Source: Octopus bimaculoides (taxonomy: Eukaryota). From it: DNA of 64,000 nucleotides. The position numbers and the translations under genes were made by a program. Within the stretch, counting starts at the first letter, position 1, and each line of letters opens with the position of its first letter. The notes under the pieces were generated by a model. It saw only the letters and a list, made by a program, of their open reading frames with translations. It was not told where the DNA came from and ran no database searches. Shown here piece after piece: positions 43,332 through 55,636 of this stretch. The DNA lies in the NCBI RefSeq assembly GCF_001194135.2, contig NC_069001.1:313179-377178 (forward strand), written 5' to 3'.

Positions 43332-45601
43332 CTTGCAGGAAAACAAAAATAGCGAAAGAAATAAAACTGCATTCCTGTCGACAGATTATTAATACCAGTA
43401 TCTATGTAATCCAGTCACTTCTATTTTTCAAACTGATTTTTTTATAGTTTCTATTGAGATTTTTTTCAAACTTTTTTTTTTCTTTTTCTTTTTCACTTTA
43501 TTTCTGTGTCACCATTTTATGATGATTCTTTGCTGATGCCATAAATATAAATAATAATGGACATGAAAAAATATATGTTACGTGTTAAAAACAAAAACAA
43601 AATAAGTAAATTCAATTGGGAAAAAAATGTACTGAAGCCTTTTGAGAAATTGTAAATATTGATTTCTTTTCACTAGGCACAAGAGCAATTGTTTTGTTGA
43701 GAATGATTTTGATCTGGTTGCATTAACCCCCAGTATAATGTTGGTACTTATTAACCCAAATGCAGTTTTAACTTAAAATAGTGAGCTATTTAGAGTATAT
43801 ACTGTAAAATGACTCAGTACATTATCCTACAATCTCTAGGATTTTGTCAAAAAATGTTTGTTTTCAAACACAGTGCTGATGGTAAACTCTTTAAAAGTCT
43901 TAAGTTAGCTTCAGTCCAGCAGGCCAATCCTTAAAAACACCTCAGTTGTAACCATTATGTCTTTTTTTCCCTAGACAGTGAACATAGACCTACATTATAG
44001 AATGTGTTCTTGTTTTCTGAGGAATATTTGGTTGCCATTTCCAGAAGATAAAGTGACTGCATGGATACTCCCTCACTGGATCGACACAATGTGGTACACT
44101 TAAGTAAAGTATTCTAGATTGTACTGAATCACTTCTTTTGCAATTAAAACTCATATCAACAAATCTATTTCTTTGTGACCCCAATTTTTAGAAAGTCCTA
44201 TCACGAAAAATGCAAATAACTTGATTTCAAAAGAGCATAACCATCATGTGCAATATAGTCTTTTCCCCTGCAAAACCTAACTACAGTTAGAAATTCTCAG
44301 AATTCTCATTTGCCAGGAATGGTGTGTTGCAAATACCATTATTATGGGGGGGGGGGGTTGTACTGAGAAGATACTTTAATCATTTGCTGCCTTGCAGATA
44401 GAGAGTTCAAACCATGTCTTTTTGCTTTTTATGCAATGTGTGAATAGAAAAAGATTTGTAAAATAAGTAGCAGTAATACGCTGAGGTTGATTTCACTGAT
44501 TATTTTCGTTCCTTTAACAAACAAATCTTTTGTTTTATATACATTTTTCTTTATAATATACACACGTTCTTTTTCTCTCTCTCACTATAATTTCATTCCT
44601 GGAGAGGAAAATAAAAATACTTTGAAAATCTGAAATATTGATCAGAATTTGTTTTTTAAATTAACACCCACATACACATGCAGACGTATTTTGTTTTATA
44701 TATTTTCACATACAAAACNNNNNNNNNNNNNNNNNNNNNNNNNNNNNNNNNNNNNNNNAAGAAACTGATAAAAAGGTAACAAAATCAATTGAAAGAGTTA
44801 ATATTGTTTTTGTATATATTAACTTCTTATTTCAAATATTCTTCTTTTGTCATATTTTGTTTATATATTTATATATTTATTATTAATTTATAAAGATATT
44901 TTCTGAAATTACTCTTCCAGATGGTACATACAAGTCTGTAATGTAGCTTAGCTTTTAAAGAAATTTTCTTTGGAATCAATTTTCGTTGAATAAAAGTTAC
45001 AGAGTAAATGGATGCTTTTTGGAATTGATAGCGGGAAGTATTTTGAGCAAAAAAAAAAAAAAAAAGAAGGAAATAAGTAAACACACACAAAAAGAGACAG
45101 AGAGGGAGAAAGAGAGATGTATGTATATATATGAACAATAATAATAATAAATAATTAAATAAATAAGAATATCTATCTTAAGTGCAGCTGAAATTTATAA
45201 AGTTAACTGTCTTTAGCTAGCTTTTAAGGAAAAAAAAAGCAACAAAAATAAAGAGATATATTTTTAATATTTTTAGATTAAAATAATAATGCAAATAAGT
45301 GTGAAGAAGAAGAAGAAGAAAATGTAGAAAGAATCATTGCCATACCTTTTTATATACAATGAATAAGATAATAGTGCAAATATTCATAATGATGCTGATA
45401 TAAATCAAATTTGATAATGAAAATTGTTTGATTCTTTTTTTGTGTGTTTTGCTTTTTTAAATATAATAAAAATTGGAAAATGTGAGTTTAAGTTATTCAG
45501 GTTTATTTTTTGTTTTTTTATATAACAATTGTAGATGTTATTTTCTATCAAAACATAAAGAATGAGCTGGATGTTTTGCTCAATGTTCACATGCATGTAT
45601 G

Positions 45602-45636
<35 letters not shown>

Positions 45637-45825
45637 AGATGGAGTATAATATAGATTTTGTTTTCAACTATTTCTGTGTGTTTGATGTGTGTGTGTGTGT
45701 ATGCACTGTGTGTGTTTTTGTATGTGAAAAATTTAACAGTATTTTCCTCTAAATTTGTTTGAATATAAAAACACATACATACACACACACATATATATAT
45801 ATGTATATATGTATGTATACATATC

Positions 45826-45857
<32 letters not shown>

Positions 45858-45887
45858 CACGCGCACGCGCGCATATATATATTCTTT

Positions 45888-46052
45888 TATTTGCTTCAGC
45901 CATTTGACTGTGGCCATACTAGAGCACCACCTTTTGTCGAACAAATCAACCCCAGGATTTATTCTCTGTAAACCTAGTACTTATTCTATCGGTCTCTTTT
46001 GCTGAACTGCTAGGCTACGGGGATGTAAAAAAACCAACATCGTTTGTCAATT
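45888..46052 (-). mobile_element. SINE family B 3' tail
   Basis: catttgactgtggccatactagagcaccacc...gtacttattctatcggtctcttttgctgaactgctag. Confidence 0.85.
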
Positions 46053-46197
46053 TTTATGTTTTAACATCTTGATTACCCTAACATGGGTATTAAGTAGATA
46101 CTTCTTTATTTACCATCTTAATACAATTTCAAATGTGTAGCTTTTTAGGTATATGGAGTTAAGAAGTAAAAAATACATTATATATATACATTTATAT

Positions 46198-47215
46198 TTA
46201 CATACAAAAATAAGAGGAATGACCAGCAAAAGTGGACTCCTATATGCTAGAAATAGATGCCGAATCATCTAACCACGAAGAAATATGTTCTCAGTAAAAA
46301 ATTAGCGACACAACTGACTGTAAAAGGGCAAGACAAATGAAAAAATACTTAAAAAAAAAAAGACGATTAACCTACGTACCATGGTTTCACCTGTTAAAAT
46401 TTACGTAAGTAAATATCTGCAGGATTATCAGCGTAGTCTGTCGATTTAAAAATATAATTTCCAGAACTAGACATAAGACGTCCACCAGAAATGGAGCACG
46501 TGTAGAGTTCTACAAATTACATTCAGTGTACCCCTTCAAATGTCTTCAATATGGCGCGCTAAGGCCAGAAATAACTCTGCAGTTAATAAATTTTTGCAGC
46601 TAATTTACTGGTTTGAGAATATCATTATTTAAAATTTATTAATAAGGGTAGAAAATTCCTCTTATTTTTGTATGTAATATAATTTTAATCTTCGGATTTT
46701 TTTAATATGCTAGACCACTGGCTTTAATTGATTTCTACCCTTATTAATAAATACATTTATATTTATATATATATAAATTATATTATATATATACTCTCAC
46801 ACATACACAACCCGANNNNNNNNNNNNNNNNNNNNNNNNNNNNNNNNNNNNNNNNNNNNNNNNNNNNNNNNNNNNNNNNNNNNNNNNNNNNNNNNNNNNN
46901 NNNNNNNNNNNNNNNNNNNNNNNAAGTATTTTTTCATTTGTCTTGCCCTTTTACAGTCTGTTGTGTCGCTAATTTTTTACTGAGAACATATTTCTTCGTG
47001 GTTAGATGATTCGGCATCTATTTCTAGCATATAGGAGTCCACTTTTGCTGGTCATTCCTCTTATTTTTGTATGTAATATAATTTTAATCTTCGGATTTTT
47101 TTAATATGCTAGACCACTGGCTTTAATTGATTTCTACCCTTATTAATAAATACATTTATATTTATATATATATAAATTATATTATATATATACTCTCACA
47201 CATACACAACCCGAC
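46198..47215. repeat. Near-identical ~153-bp inverted repeat plus ~160-bp direct repeat around an N gap
   Basis: 46198-46350 = reverse complement of 46924-47076 (1 mismatch seen); 46655-46815 = 47054-47215. Confidence 0.9.
46370..46570. promoter_or_regulatory. CpG-rich promoter-like patch with YY1-like, E-box and GACGTC motifs
   Basis: About a dozen CpGs in ~300 bp against a CpG-poor background; AATATGGCG 46548-46556, CACGTG 46497-46502, GACGTC 46477-46482. Confidence 0.3.
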
Positions 47216-47582
47216 ATCAGAAGATCTGAATAAAAACTTGTATTGGTTTCCAATGATGAGTAATCTCAGGTGTTCAATTCACCTGAACGTAAACTCATTG
47301 AATTGTATTATATGTGCCACAGTATTCCACTTACAGATATACTCTTAATGTAATTCTGGGGCAGAATTAACATTAAACTTTATGTAACAACGGTGGGCCT
47401 TTGAATTATGGGCATGATCCATGCAACAGGCTTCCACAAAGTTTCCATCTAGCCACATCCAGTCATAGATGTGGTTCAACTGGTTGGTATGGTGAAAAAA
47501 TAGATTCTTAAGAGGCTACACATTCGAGCAATTGAGCTTACAGCCTTACAATTACATCCACTCTTTTTAGATACGCATATCC

Positions 47583-47613
<31 letters not shown>

Positions 47614-47776
47614 TATACACATACACACATTTATACTCATATACAATTACTTATACAGACCTATAGGCTATTCTTTATATATAGATATATATCTCCATTT
47701 TCTATTCATCTATATATGTGAGCGTGTGTATGTATGTGTGCATATATATATATTTCACCACACATATACATATCTA

Positions 47777-47869
<93 letters not shown>

Positions 47870-48336
47870 TATATATACATCAGTATGAAAAGAAAACATA
47901 AATCATTTAGTCAAATTAATATGTGAGAATTACCATGCTGGCCTCAGCCTAACCTGTGAATTACAAATTTGACCATGTCTGTTTAGAGTTGTTGAAATAT
48001 TACTCATATCATGCAGTTGCCAATATAGTATCCATACAATATCAGCAGCGGAGAAAAAATATTTATGTTCTCAGTGGTAAATGAGACGAGATGATGATGT
48101 GCGTAAAGTTACAAAACACTTTGTGCTGCACTACACTTCATAATTTAATTAAAAATTGAAATAAGTATGTGTTTACATTCATAGATACATGCATACACAC
48201 ACACACAAACCATATAGAAATGGGTGTAAAAACACACACACATATATACATACACACACACTCACACACATACACACATATACATATGACTGTGATGACG
48301 GCAAATGAATGTAGAATATTGTGTCAGCTTGCAATC

Positions 48337-48385
<49 letters not shown>

Positions 48386-48525
48386 GGCTCAGGTAATATT
48401 AATTACATGCGTTGAGAGATGGTTCAGAAAACACCTCATTCAGCCAATAAGAGCTGCCTCTCAACCTCACAGAATTACATCTGTGTATATATATATGTAT
48501 ATGTATATATATACATATATATGTG

Positions 48526-48571
<46 letters not shown>

Positions 48572-49160
48572 CATACATATATATATATATATATTTATAA
48601 TGCCAAATTGAATCAGAGAAATGAAAAAAAAAGGCAGCAGCAAATGTGTCTGGTTAGATGTTATAATTGTGGTAGAGGAGGAGGAGGAAATCTATTTGCT
48701 GCTTCTTCCTAATGCTTTGAATCATTACCTTTTCCCAAAGCAATTGTTAAAATACATTTATAGATACAATGATGAGCTGATGGTCAGCATATTGATTAAA
48801 GACTGGAAGATAAAATGGTTCTAGATAATTGGCTTATTCCAGGGGAAACTGTTATCAGTAGCTTTGTTTCTAATAATATTTAACATAAATTTAGACTCAA
48901 CGAAAGTATGCAGTGAACTAGATAAGGAAACCCTCTTCAGGCCAGAGAATGTATCATTTGTAGTATTTGCAGATGGACACAGATTGAGTGAAAAGCAAGG
49001 AGAAAGTTATGAAAGCAACACTAAAAAGAAGAAAAAAAGCTAAATAAAACCATTTTGCTAAATGTGCATCAGCAGAGAAATAATGGTCAGCACCGGCAGA
49101 TTTTTAGATTTAAAATTCAGTCAGTGCGGATAAGTCAAAGAAGTTTCTTAGTGAATTCAT

Positions 49161-49193
<33 letters not shown>

Positions 49194-49643
49194 TGTGAGT
49201 GCCACTGAAGTATATTAGTGAAGGACGCAAACATTGATGGGAAATTAAGAAACTGGTACTTTTGAATAAAAAATAACCTTGTGCAGTATTTGTCCGGCAC
49301 CAAGTTTCACAAATAAACTGTTGTCATTGCGGTCATAAGAAAAGTGGTGAACCAGTGATTAACCCAGCTGAAATCTGTGACCAACGACGCTATTGTTCAC
49401 TAAATGTAACATAATAGAATATATAAGATAAAAGTCACTAAAATAAGAGAGAGCTCTCTAAAAATATGTTTATCTACACTCTTACAATCAGTTTTAATGG
49501 TGATATTGAAAATTTGGTTTTGAAAATGTTGAAGAATTGGTTAGATTTGAATAGATTGTGAACAATAACAGCACATTGCCACTCAAAACACACCTTTGGG
49601 CTATGTGTGAAACTGCTAACAACCTGAATTGAAGTGTCTGCAG

Positions 49644-49900
49644 GTCGTTAAAGGTCATAGGTTGATTATTTTAAATGATTTGAATGTCAAAGTAGCAGAT
49701 CAACACGATGCTAGGATTCAAGAATTAGAACCCAAAGAATACTTGGATGAAGCAACACAAACGGAGATTTGAGAGATTTTGAAGTTGAAAAGATGGTGCT
49801 ATATATAGCCAGGAGTAGTTCAGTAGTTCTTGCAGAGAAAACTTCATATTGATAATAAGATATCGTCTTTGAAAAGACAAGAGAAAAAAATGTGTATAAC
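49644..49900 (+). mobile_element. Highly decayed LINE AP-endonuclease remnant (RTE-like)
   Basis: HRLIILNDLNVKVADQHDA resembles the xIILGDFNAKVG motif; downstream broken NG..L.DF-like text. Confidence 0.35.
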
Positions 49901-51294
49901 AGGACAAGTGTTAACTGGGAACAATAGAATGATATCTGATGAAATATGATTAAGCAACCATATTTGATGGTATACAAGATGTCTCAAAAATATCACCCCA
50001 GGTCTTATATGCAAAGTTGGGCCTCCAGTAAGCTTTAATGTACTAAAAACTTTTCCCTGAATATGCACTGAAGAAACTGGGGTACATCTAATACACCTGT
50101 GCATCTTGTATGCCGTCAAATACAGTACTTGTAGAAAAACTGGTAATATTCCTCTTATATAAGAGAAACTCTATACTGTAGATGGAAATATTAGAAACTG
50201 AAGCTATGGACTATCAAAAGTAGCCTACATGGGTACAATGACCAACTCACAAGAACCATCTTAACCATCTTTGTAAATAGACTACCTATATGTTTCAACT
50301 GATTTTGATGTAATGAAGATTTCAGGGGTGTTTTGCAAAATGTCTGTAATGTAATCTGTTATATTGATGTTGACTGGTGAAAATTTGAATTGAATTATAA
50401 TTAAAATCAAATGAAGACTTACTCTAATTAAACAATGACCAACTCTCAGATTTTGATTTTGGTTTAATGAAGATTTTGGTGGTGCATAGTAAGATATCTG
50501 TAACCTAATATTTATGTTGATGTTGATTAACTGAAATTATAAATTATATTATTTACGCTTTAATGAAATTTTGACTGAGATTTGAATTTAAATATGAACA
50601 TTATTGTAGAGAGAGTCTGGGGCTGGTTGGTTGGTTTTAAAAGTAAATCCAAAACAATGATAAAGACATCACTAGAGAAAAACATGACGGAGTAAATGAA
50701 AGTTGAATAAAACTTTGAAGAACAATACCAGAAGTCCAAGACTGTTAGACCCCCACCCCATGATATGGAATTGGAAAAGTTTGAACAATAAATTATCTAT
50801 AGGTATACACACACACACACACACACATGCACCCTCTCTCTCAAACACACACACATACACACATNNNNNNNNNNNNNNNNNNNNNNNNNNNNNNNNNNNN
50901 NNNNNNNNNNNNNNNNNNNNNNNNNNNNNNNNNNNNNNNNNNNNNNNNNNNNNNNNNNNNNNNNNNNNNNNNNNNNNNNNNNNNNNNNNNNNNNNNNNNN
51001 NNNNNNNNNNNNNNNNNNNNNNNNNNNNNNNNNNNNNNNNNNNNNNNNNNNNNATACACATGCCCCCCCCCCAAAAAAAAAACTCAATATCTGGCATCTG
51101 TTTCCTCAGATTATAACATTGACCAACCAAAGACCTAATTTAGTCCATGTACCAAAACCGAATTTGTGTTTTTATTGTACTGGTGTATTGGCAGGAATCT
51201 GGTATTGAAAACGAAGTGGAGAGAATGCAAAAAAATAAATAAAAGTGTCCACTAAATGCAATCTGTAAAGGAAGTTGTTGTTGTTGTTGTTGTT

Positions 51295-51515
51295 GCTGAG
51301 CCCCGTCTTGACATTAAGTCGATCCATGATCAAAGGAGTTCAAGCTGTGATCATCCTTGGTTGTTTCTTTTTTTTTGTCTTTTTTTAAGGCATAACATAT
51401 CAAGGACATGAATCAATGTATAAATCCATTTCTTTTTTTAAGATGGAACATTCTGATCTGAAAAATATTTGGTTTATATTTCTAGCAGAATAAGCAACTT
51501 TATCGAGACTCTCTT
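51295..51515 (+). mobile_element. Repeat family E copy
   Basis: tgatcaaaggagttcaagctgtgatcatcc...atttggtttatatttctagca. Confidence 0.6.
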
Positions 51516-51639
51516 AATAATTCTATGCATAGCAACTACATTATATTTAGTACACGATATTATACTTCTCCCAAAGTATATTATTTTCCAAGAACTTACC
51601 GGTATGTTAAGAAGAGGAGTAAGGATAAAGAGAGGAGTG

Positions 51640-52015
51640 GCTGAGTTCCTTTTGACCGCTGGGCCTGACAGAAGCAAAGCGGTTGAGTTCCTTTCGAGTG
51701 TTGGGCCTCATGGAGGCAATGACCAAGACCTTTGGCATCATGTCGTGCTTGAGAAGAAGACCCATCAAGTTGAGCAAAATCGCAGTCGTGGCAGATACTG
51801 GTGTCACGCAAATGGCACCTGTGTCATCCATGCTGGTGGCACGTAAAAGCACCCATTACACTCTCAGAGTGGTTGGCGTTAGGAAGGGCATCCAGCCGTA
51901 GAAACCTTACCAAATCAGACTAGAGTCTGGTGCAGCCTTCCAGCTTACCAGCCCTGGTCAGACTGTCCAACCCATGCCAGTATGGACAATGGAGATTAAA
52001 GGAAGATGATGATGA
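51640..52015 (+). mobile_element. RTE-clade LINE 3' end (ORF C-terminus, 3' UTR, (GAT)n tail)
   Basis: RVLGLMEAMT / DLWHHVVLEKKTHQV (frameshifted) resembles RTE ORF ends of the LGLTEAMTxDRDLWRxAVLEKT type; tandem GAT tail typical of RTE. Confidence 0.8.
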
Positions 52016-52134
52016 TATATATATATATGTACATATATATATATTACAGTTCTATATTTAAGAGATGAGGAATTATTTACATTATTTACATTATTTACAT
52101 TTGACAGATATTCGTCCTCATCTTGTTTGTTGTT

Positions 52135-52180
52135 AACACAACGTTTCGGCTGATATACCCTCCAGCCTTCGTCAGGTGTC
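52135..52180 (-). ncRNA. Minimal type I hammerhead ribozyme (Penelope-like-element type)
   Basis: Minus strand GACAC-CUGACGA-A-GGCUGG-agggUaUa-UCAGCC-GAA-ACGU-U-GUGUU: full core, 6-bp stem II, 5-bp stem I, palindromic ACGU stem III, GUU cleavage triplet. Confidence 0.75.
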
Positions 52181-52278
52181 TTGGGGAAATTTCGAACCTG
52201 GGTTCTCATTCCTATCGATGTTACTATTATTATTATTATTATTATTATTATATTATTATTATTATTACTATTATTAAT

Positions 52279-52353
52279 CAGGTCGCTGCCGTGAATCGAA
52301 CTCGGAACCTTGGGGTTAGTAGCCCGCGCTCTTAACCACTACGCCATATGCCC
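52279..52353 (-). mobile_element. tRNA-derived Pol III head (SINE-like), not a functional tRNA
   Basis: GGGCATA-TGGCGTAGTGG (A box)...CT-ACT-AA loop...CCGAG-TTCGATT-CACGG (B box/T arm); acceptor stem does not pair. Confidence 0.8.
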
Positions 52354-54361
52354 GTGGGCAATTATGGGGTGAATTTTAAGGCTTATAAATCTATTNNNNN
52401 NNNNNNNNNNNNNNNNNNNNNNNNNNNNNNNNNNNNNNNNNNNNNNNNNNNNNNNNNNNNNNNNNNNNNNNNNNNNNNNNNNNNNNNNNNNNNNNNNNNN
52501 NNNNNNNNNNNNNNNNNNNNNNNNNNNNNNNNNNNNNNNNNNNNNNNNNNNNNNNNNNNNNNNNNNNNNNNNNNNNNNNNNNNNNNNNNNNNNNNNNNNN
52601 NNNNNNNNNNNNNNNNNNNNNNNNNNNNNNNNNNNNNNNNNNNNNNNNNNNNNNNNNNNNNNNNNNNNNNNNNNNNNNNNNNNNNNNNNNNNNNNNNNNN
52701 NNNNNNNNNNNNNNNNNNNNNNNNNNNNNNNNNNNNNTGTGTGTGTGTGTGTTTTGAGAGGAAGGAGGGGAGGGGGAGAGAGAGAGTTGCTTCTGTTGAT
52801 ACTTTCTGCTTATTGATGGTTATGCTGTAGCAATTGATAGTCTGTGAGAATTGCTCTCCAGTGAACTTGGCAATGAGTTTTGGTTAGTTTAAAGGAGTCA
52901 GCCAAATAGAAGAAGTAGAGTGTTTAGAATGAAAATACCCTTAAAATGTCTATAAAGGTAACATAAATGACTACTAAAGAAGAATGTGCCATAAAAACAG
53001 AGCTTGAAAGACATCCTAAACAATTTCTCCAGCAAGGAATATATTTCCAAATTACAATCCTTGGAAAGACAGAGCTGTAGATTCTAATAAGACATTAAAA
53101 AGTTCAGTGTATTCTTCACAATCCCACATTTGGAACAATCAAGTTATTAGTCTATTGCTGCCAAGCCAGACTTTGTATCTGTGCATCTGACTGTGTGTAT
53201 ATGTGATATAGACATATGTGATTTGCTCATATCAATATTAATGCACATGTAGATGTCATATGCGTGTGTGTATGTGTGTGTGCACATGCGTATGTGTAGT
53301 AGGCAAACCTGGTAAACTATATATTAAAAAAATAAACCACAGAGACAGGGCATCTTGCTAATGTAGTCCTAGATACATTGTGTCTGCAAAAAATGTAACA
53401 GAATGGTCACAACTGGAACTGGTGGTAGATTGTAGGATATGAAGCTATTGGTCACTAAAAAGCAAGAGGGAGAAGAATTCTTTTGTTTGTTTATTTGTTT
53501 GTTTTTTTCCTTGTGCTAGAGCAATCCTGTGGACGATACTGTAAAACCAATGGTTTTTGACCAAAACCTGGACTGTGAGGGAGCTACAAGGCCACCTTGG
53601 TCTCTAATGAGGGTTCAAATCCTCTCAGGGCATCAGTGCAAGACCAAAAAGGGAGATTTATTGGCCCATGCCATCCATCCCTATTATTATTTGTTGGCCC
53701 TTGCAGTTGTGCCGGACAACAGGTTGTATATCAGATGTTATATTTTGGATACACTTAGACACCCTAAAAGGGGACAGCGACCAATAAACTCAACTACTTT
53801 GATGTTCTTGACAGAAACACACAACGGGGGAAGTGGAGAGGATCAGCGAAAATGAATGGGGGGGGGGACAAAGACATGTCCTGTAAGTTTGTGAGACATT
53901 TTAGTTGTGGTGACTTGAAAGAGGAGGGGAAGAGGGGGTGCTCTTGGTGGTGGTGGTAGGGATCAGGTCTGGTGTACACTTATATTGCTGGTTGTAGATG
54001 ATGTTTATGAAAGGAGAGGTGAAAGGAAGGAGAGTGGGAGAGCGGAGTGGGGCTGTGTGGTGTTAGTTTGGTTTGTGGTCCGCTAACAAAGAGAGGACAC
54101 AATGACTAACAACTAAAACAAAGCAGTAATAACAACACCAGTAGTAGTAGTAGTAGTAAAAGTAGTAGTAGTAATAGTAGTAGTAGTAGTAGTAGTAACA
54201 ACAACAAACATCAGTGATGTTGGCAGTGAAGAGAAAAACTAATAATCATTGTGCTTAGAACGTTCTCCTTCCTGTACTATTGAGGATAACACAAGCCATA
54301 AATAGGGAAACATCTAGAGAGTAAGGGGCAGGTGGCAGAGGGAGAGAGAGAGAGAGAGAGT

Positions 54362-54412
<51 letters not shown>

Positions 54413-55009
54413 GGAGGATGGCGAAAGTGGGGGGGACAGAAGTGAGGACATAGGGGATGAATAGGGAAATCCATGGAAAGGTAAAGAGCAGGTGTGTGTG
54501 AGAGAGAGAGAACATAATCAATAGATAGGGAATTATATAGAAAGGGTGGTAGCAGGTGAGAGAGAGAGAGGGGAGATGGAGAGGTAGGTGGTTGATGATT
54601 TTGATGAAGAGAGAGAGAGAGAGAGAGAGATGGTGCACCCTGAAGAAGTAATAGACTTTCCTTTCTTTCATTCTCTCTGTCTTTCTTTTTAGGTTGGACA
54701 CAAAAATATAACAGTTCCATGTTTATCATTAGTTGTATTGTATTAGCAAAAACTTGATCCTTTAGATTTATTCCATCCACATTCCAACCCCATTAATACA
54801 CACCCCAAGCTCTTCATTTAAGAACAGATATTTGGCTTTATGAAGAAAAAGATATTTCAAAAAAATTTATAGCAGAAATTTGAAAACTGCCATTGCAAGT
54901 GAGGAGTACCGACTGTCCTAACTAACCAACAAGTAAAAGGGATCCAAGATGATATAGAACGTACTCTGGCCACAGTTGCTGTGTTTTTCAACCATTATTA
55001 CACTTTCAG

Positions 55010-55215
55010 TTAAGTTGGCAACCTGGCAGAATCATGAGAACACTGGACAAAATTCCAAGTGGTATTTCATCTGACTCATTATATTCTGAGTTCTAATTCC
55101 AACAGAGTCAACTTCACTTTTCTTCCTTTCGATAAAATAAAAGTATCAGTTGAGCATAGGGGTTGAAGCCCTCCTCTCAAATTACTGGCCTAGTGACAAA
55201 ATGTGAAACCACTAT
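55010..55215 (+). mobile_element. Near full-length degenerate SINE family A
   Basis: ctggcagaatc head, ttctgagttctaattcc B-box, core, aaattactggcc tail. Confidence 0.8.
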
Positions 55216-55384
55216 TACACTGTTGATCACAATCTACTTATTTCAAGTCCCTGTTTGTGTGTCCTCTATATCTACTTTAGTTGTTTGTGAAATGTAAAGT
55301 CACAAAGTTATTTTATTAAATTCTTTGTTTTATTTAGAATTAATTAAAGGAAACACAGAGCATCTCAACAGAAATATGGTGACG

Positions 55385-55535
55385 AAAGGGTTAATGTGTC
55401 TTCCATGCTGACATAGGTTGGACAGTTTGACAGAAGTTGGAAAGCCAGAAGACTATGCCAAGCACCAACCTCTGCTTTGGCATAATTTTTGCAACTGGAT
55501 GCCCTTCCTAACACAAACCACTTTACAGAGTGGAT
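55385..55535 (-). mobile_element. RTE-type 3' tail fragment
   Basis: ttccatgctgacataggttggacag...ctggatgcccttcctaac. Confidence 0.8.
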
Positions 55536-55543
55536 ATACATAC

Positions 55544-55636
<93 letters not shown>

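Noticed and set aside
47252-47290. C/D box snoRNA (ATGATGA...CTGA with a caggtg/cacctg hairpin)
   Set aside because: C-to-D distance is only ~35 nt with no terminal stem; too short
48895-49043. Plus-strand frame ending KKKKKS* followed by AATAAA
   Set aside because: Weak acceptor, A-rich composition, next to decayed LINE sequence; insufficient support
52279-52353. Functional tRNA-Ser(ACT) gene
   Set aside because: Acceptor stem does not pair, anticodon stem is weak, and A34 anticodons are not normally used for Ser AGY; better read as a SINE head
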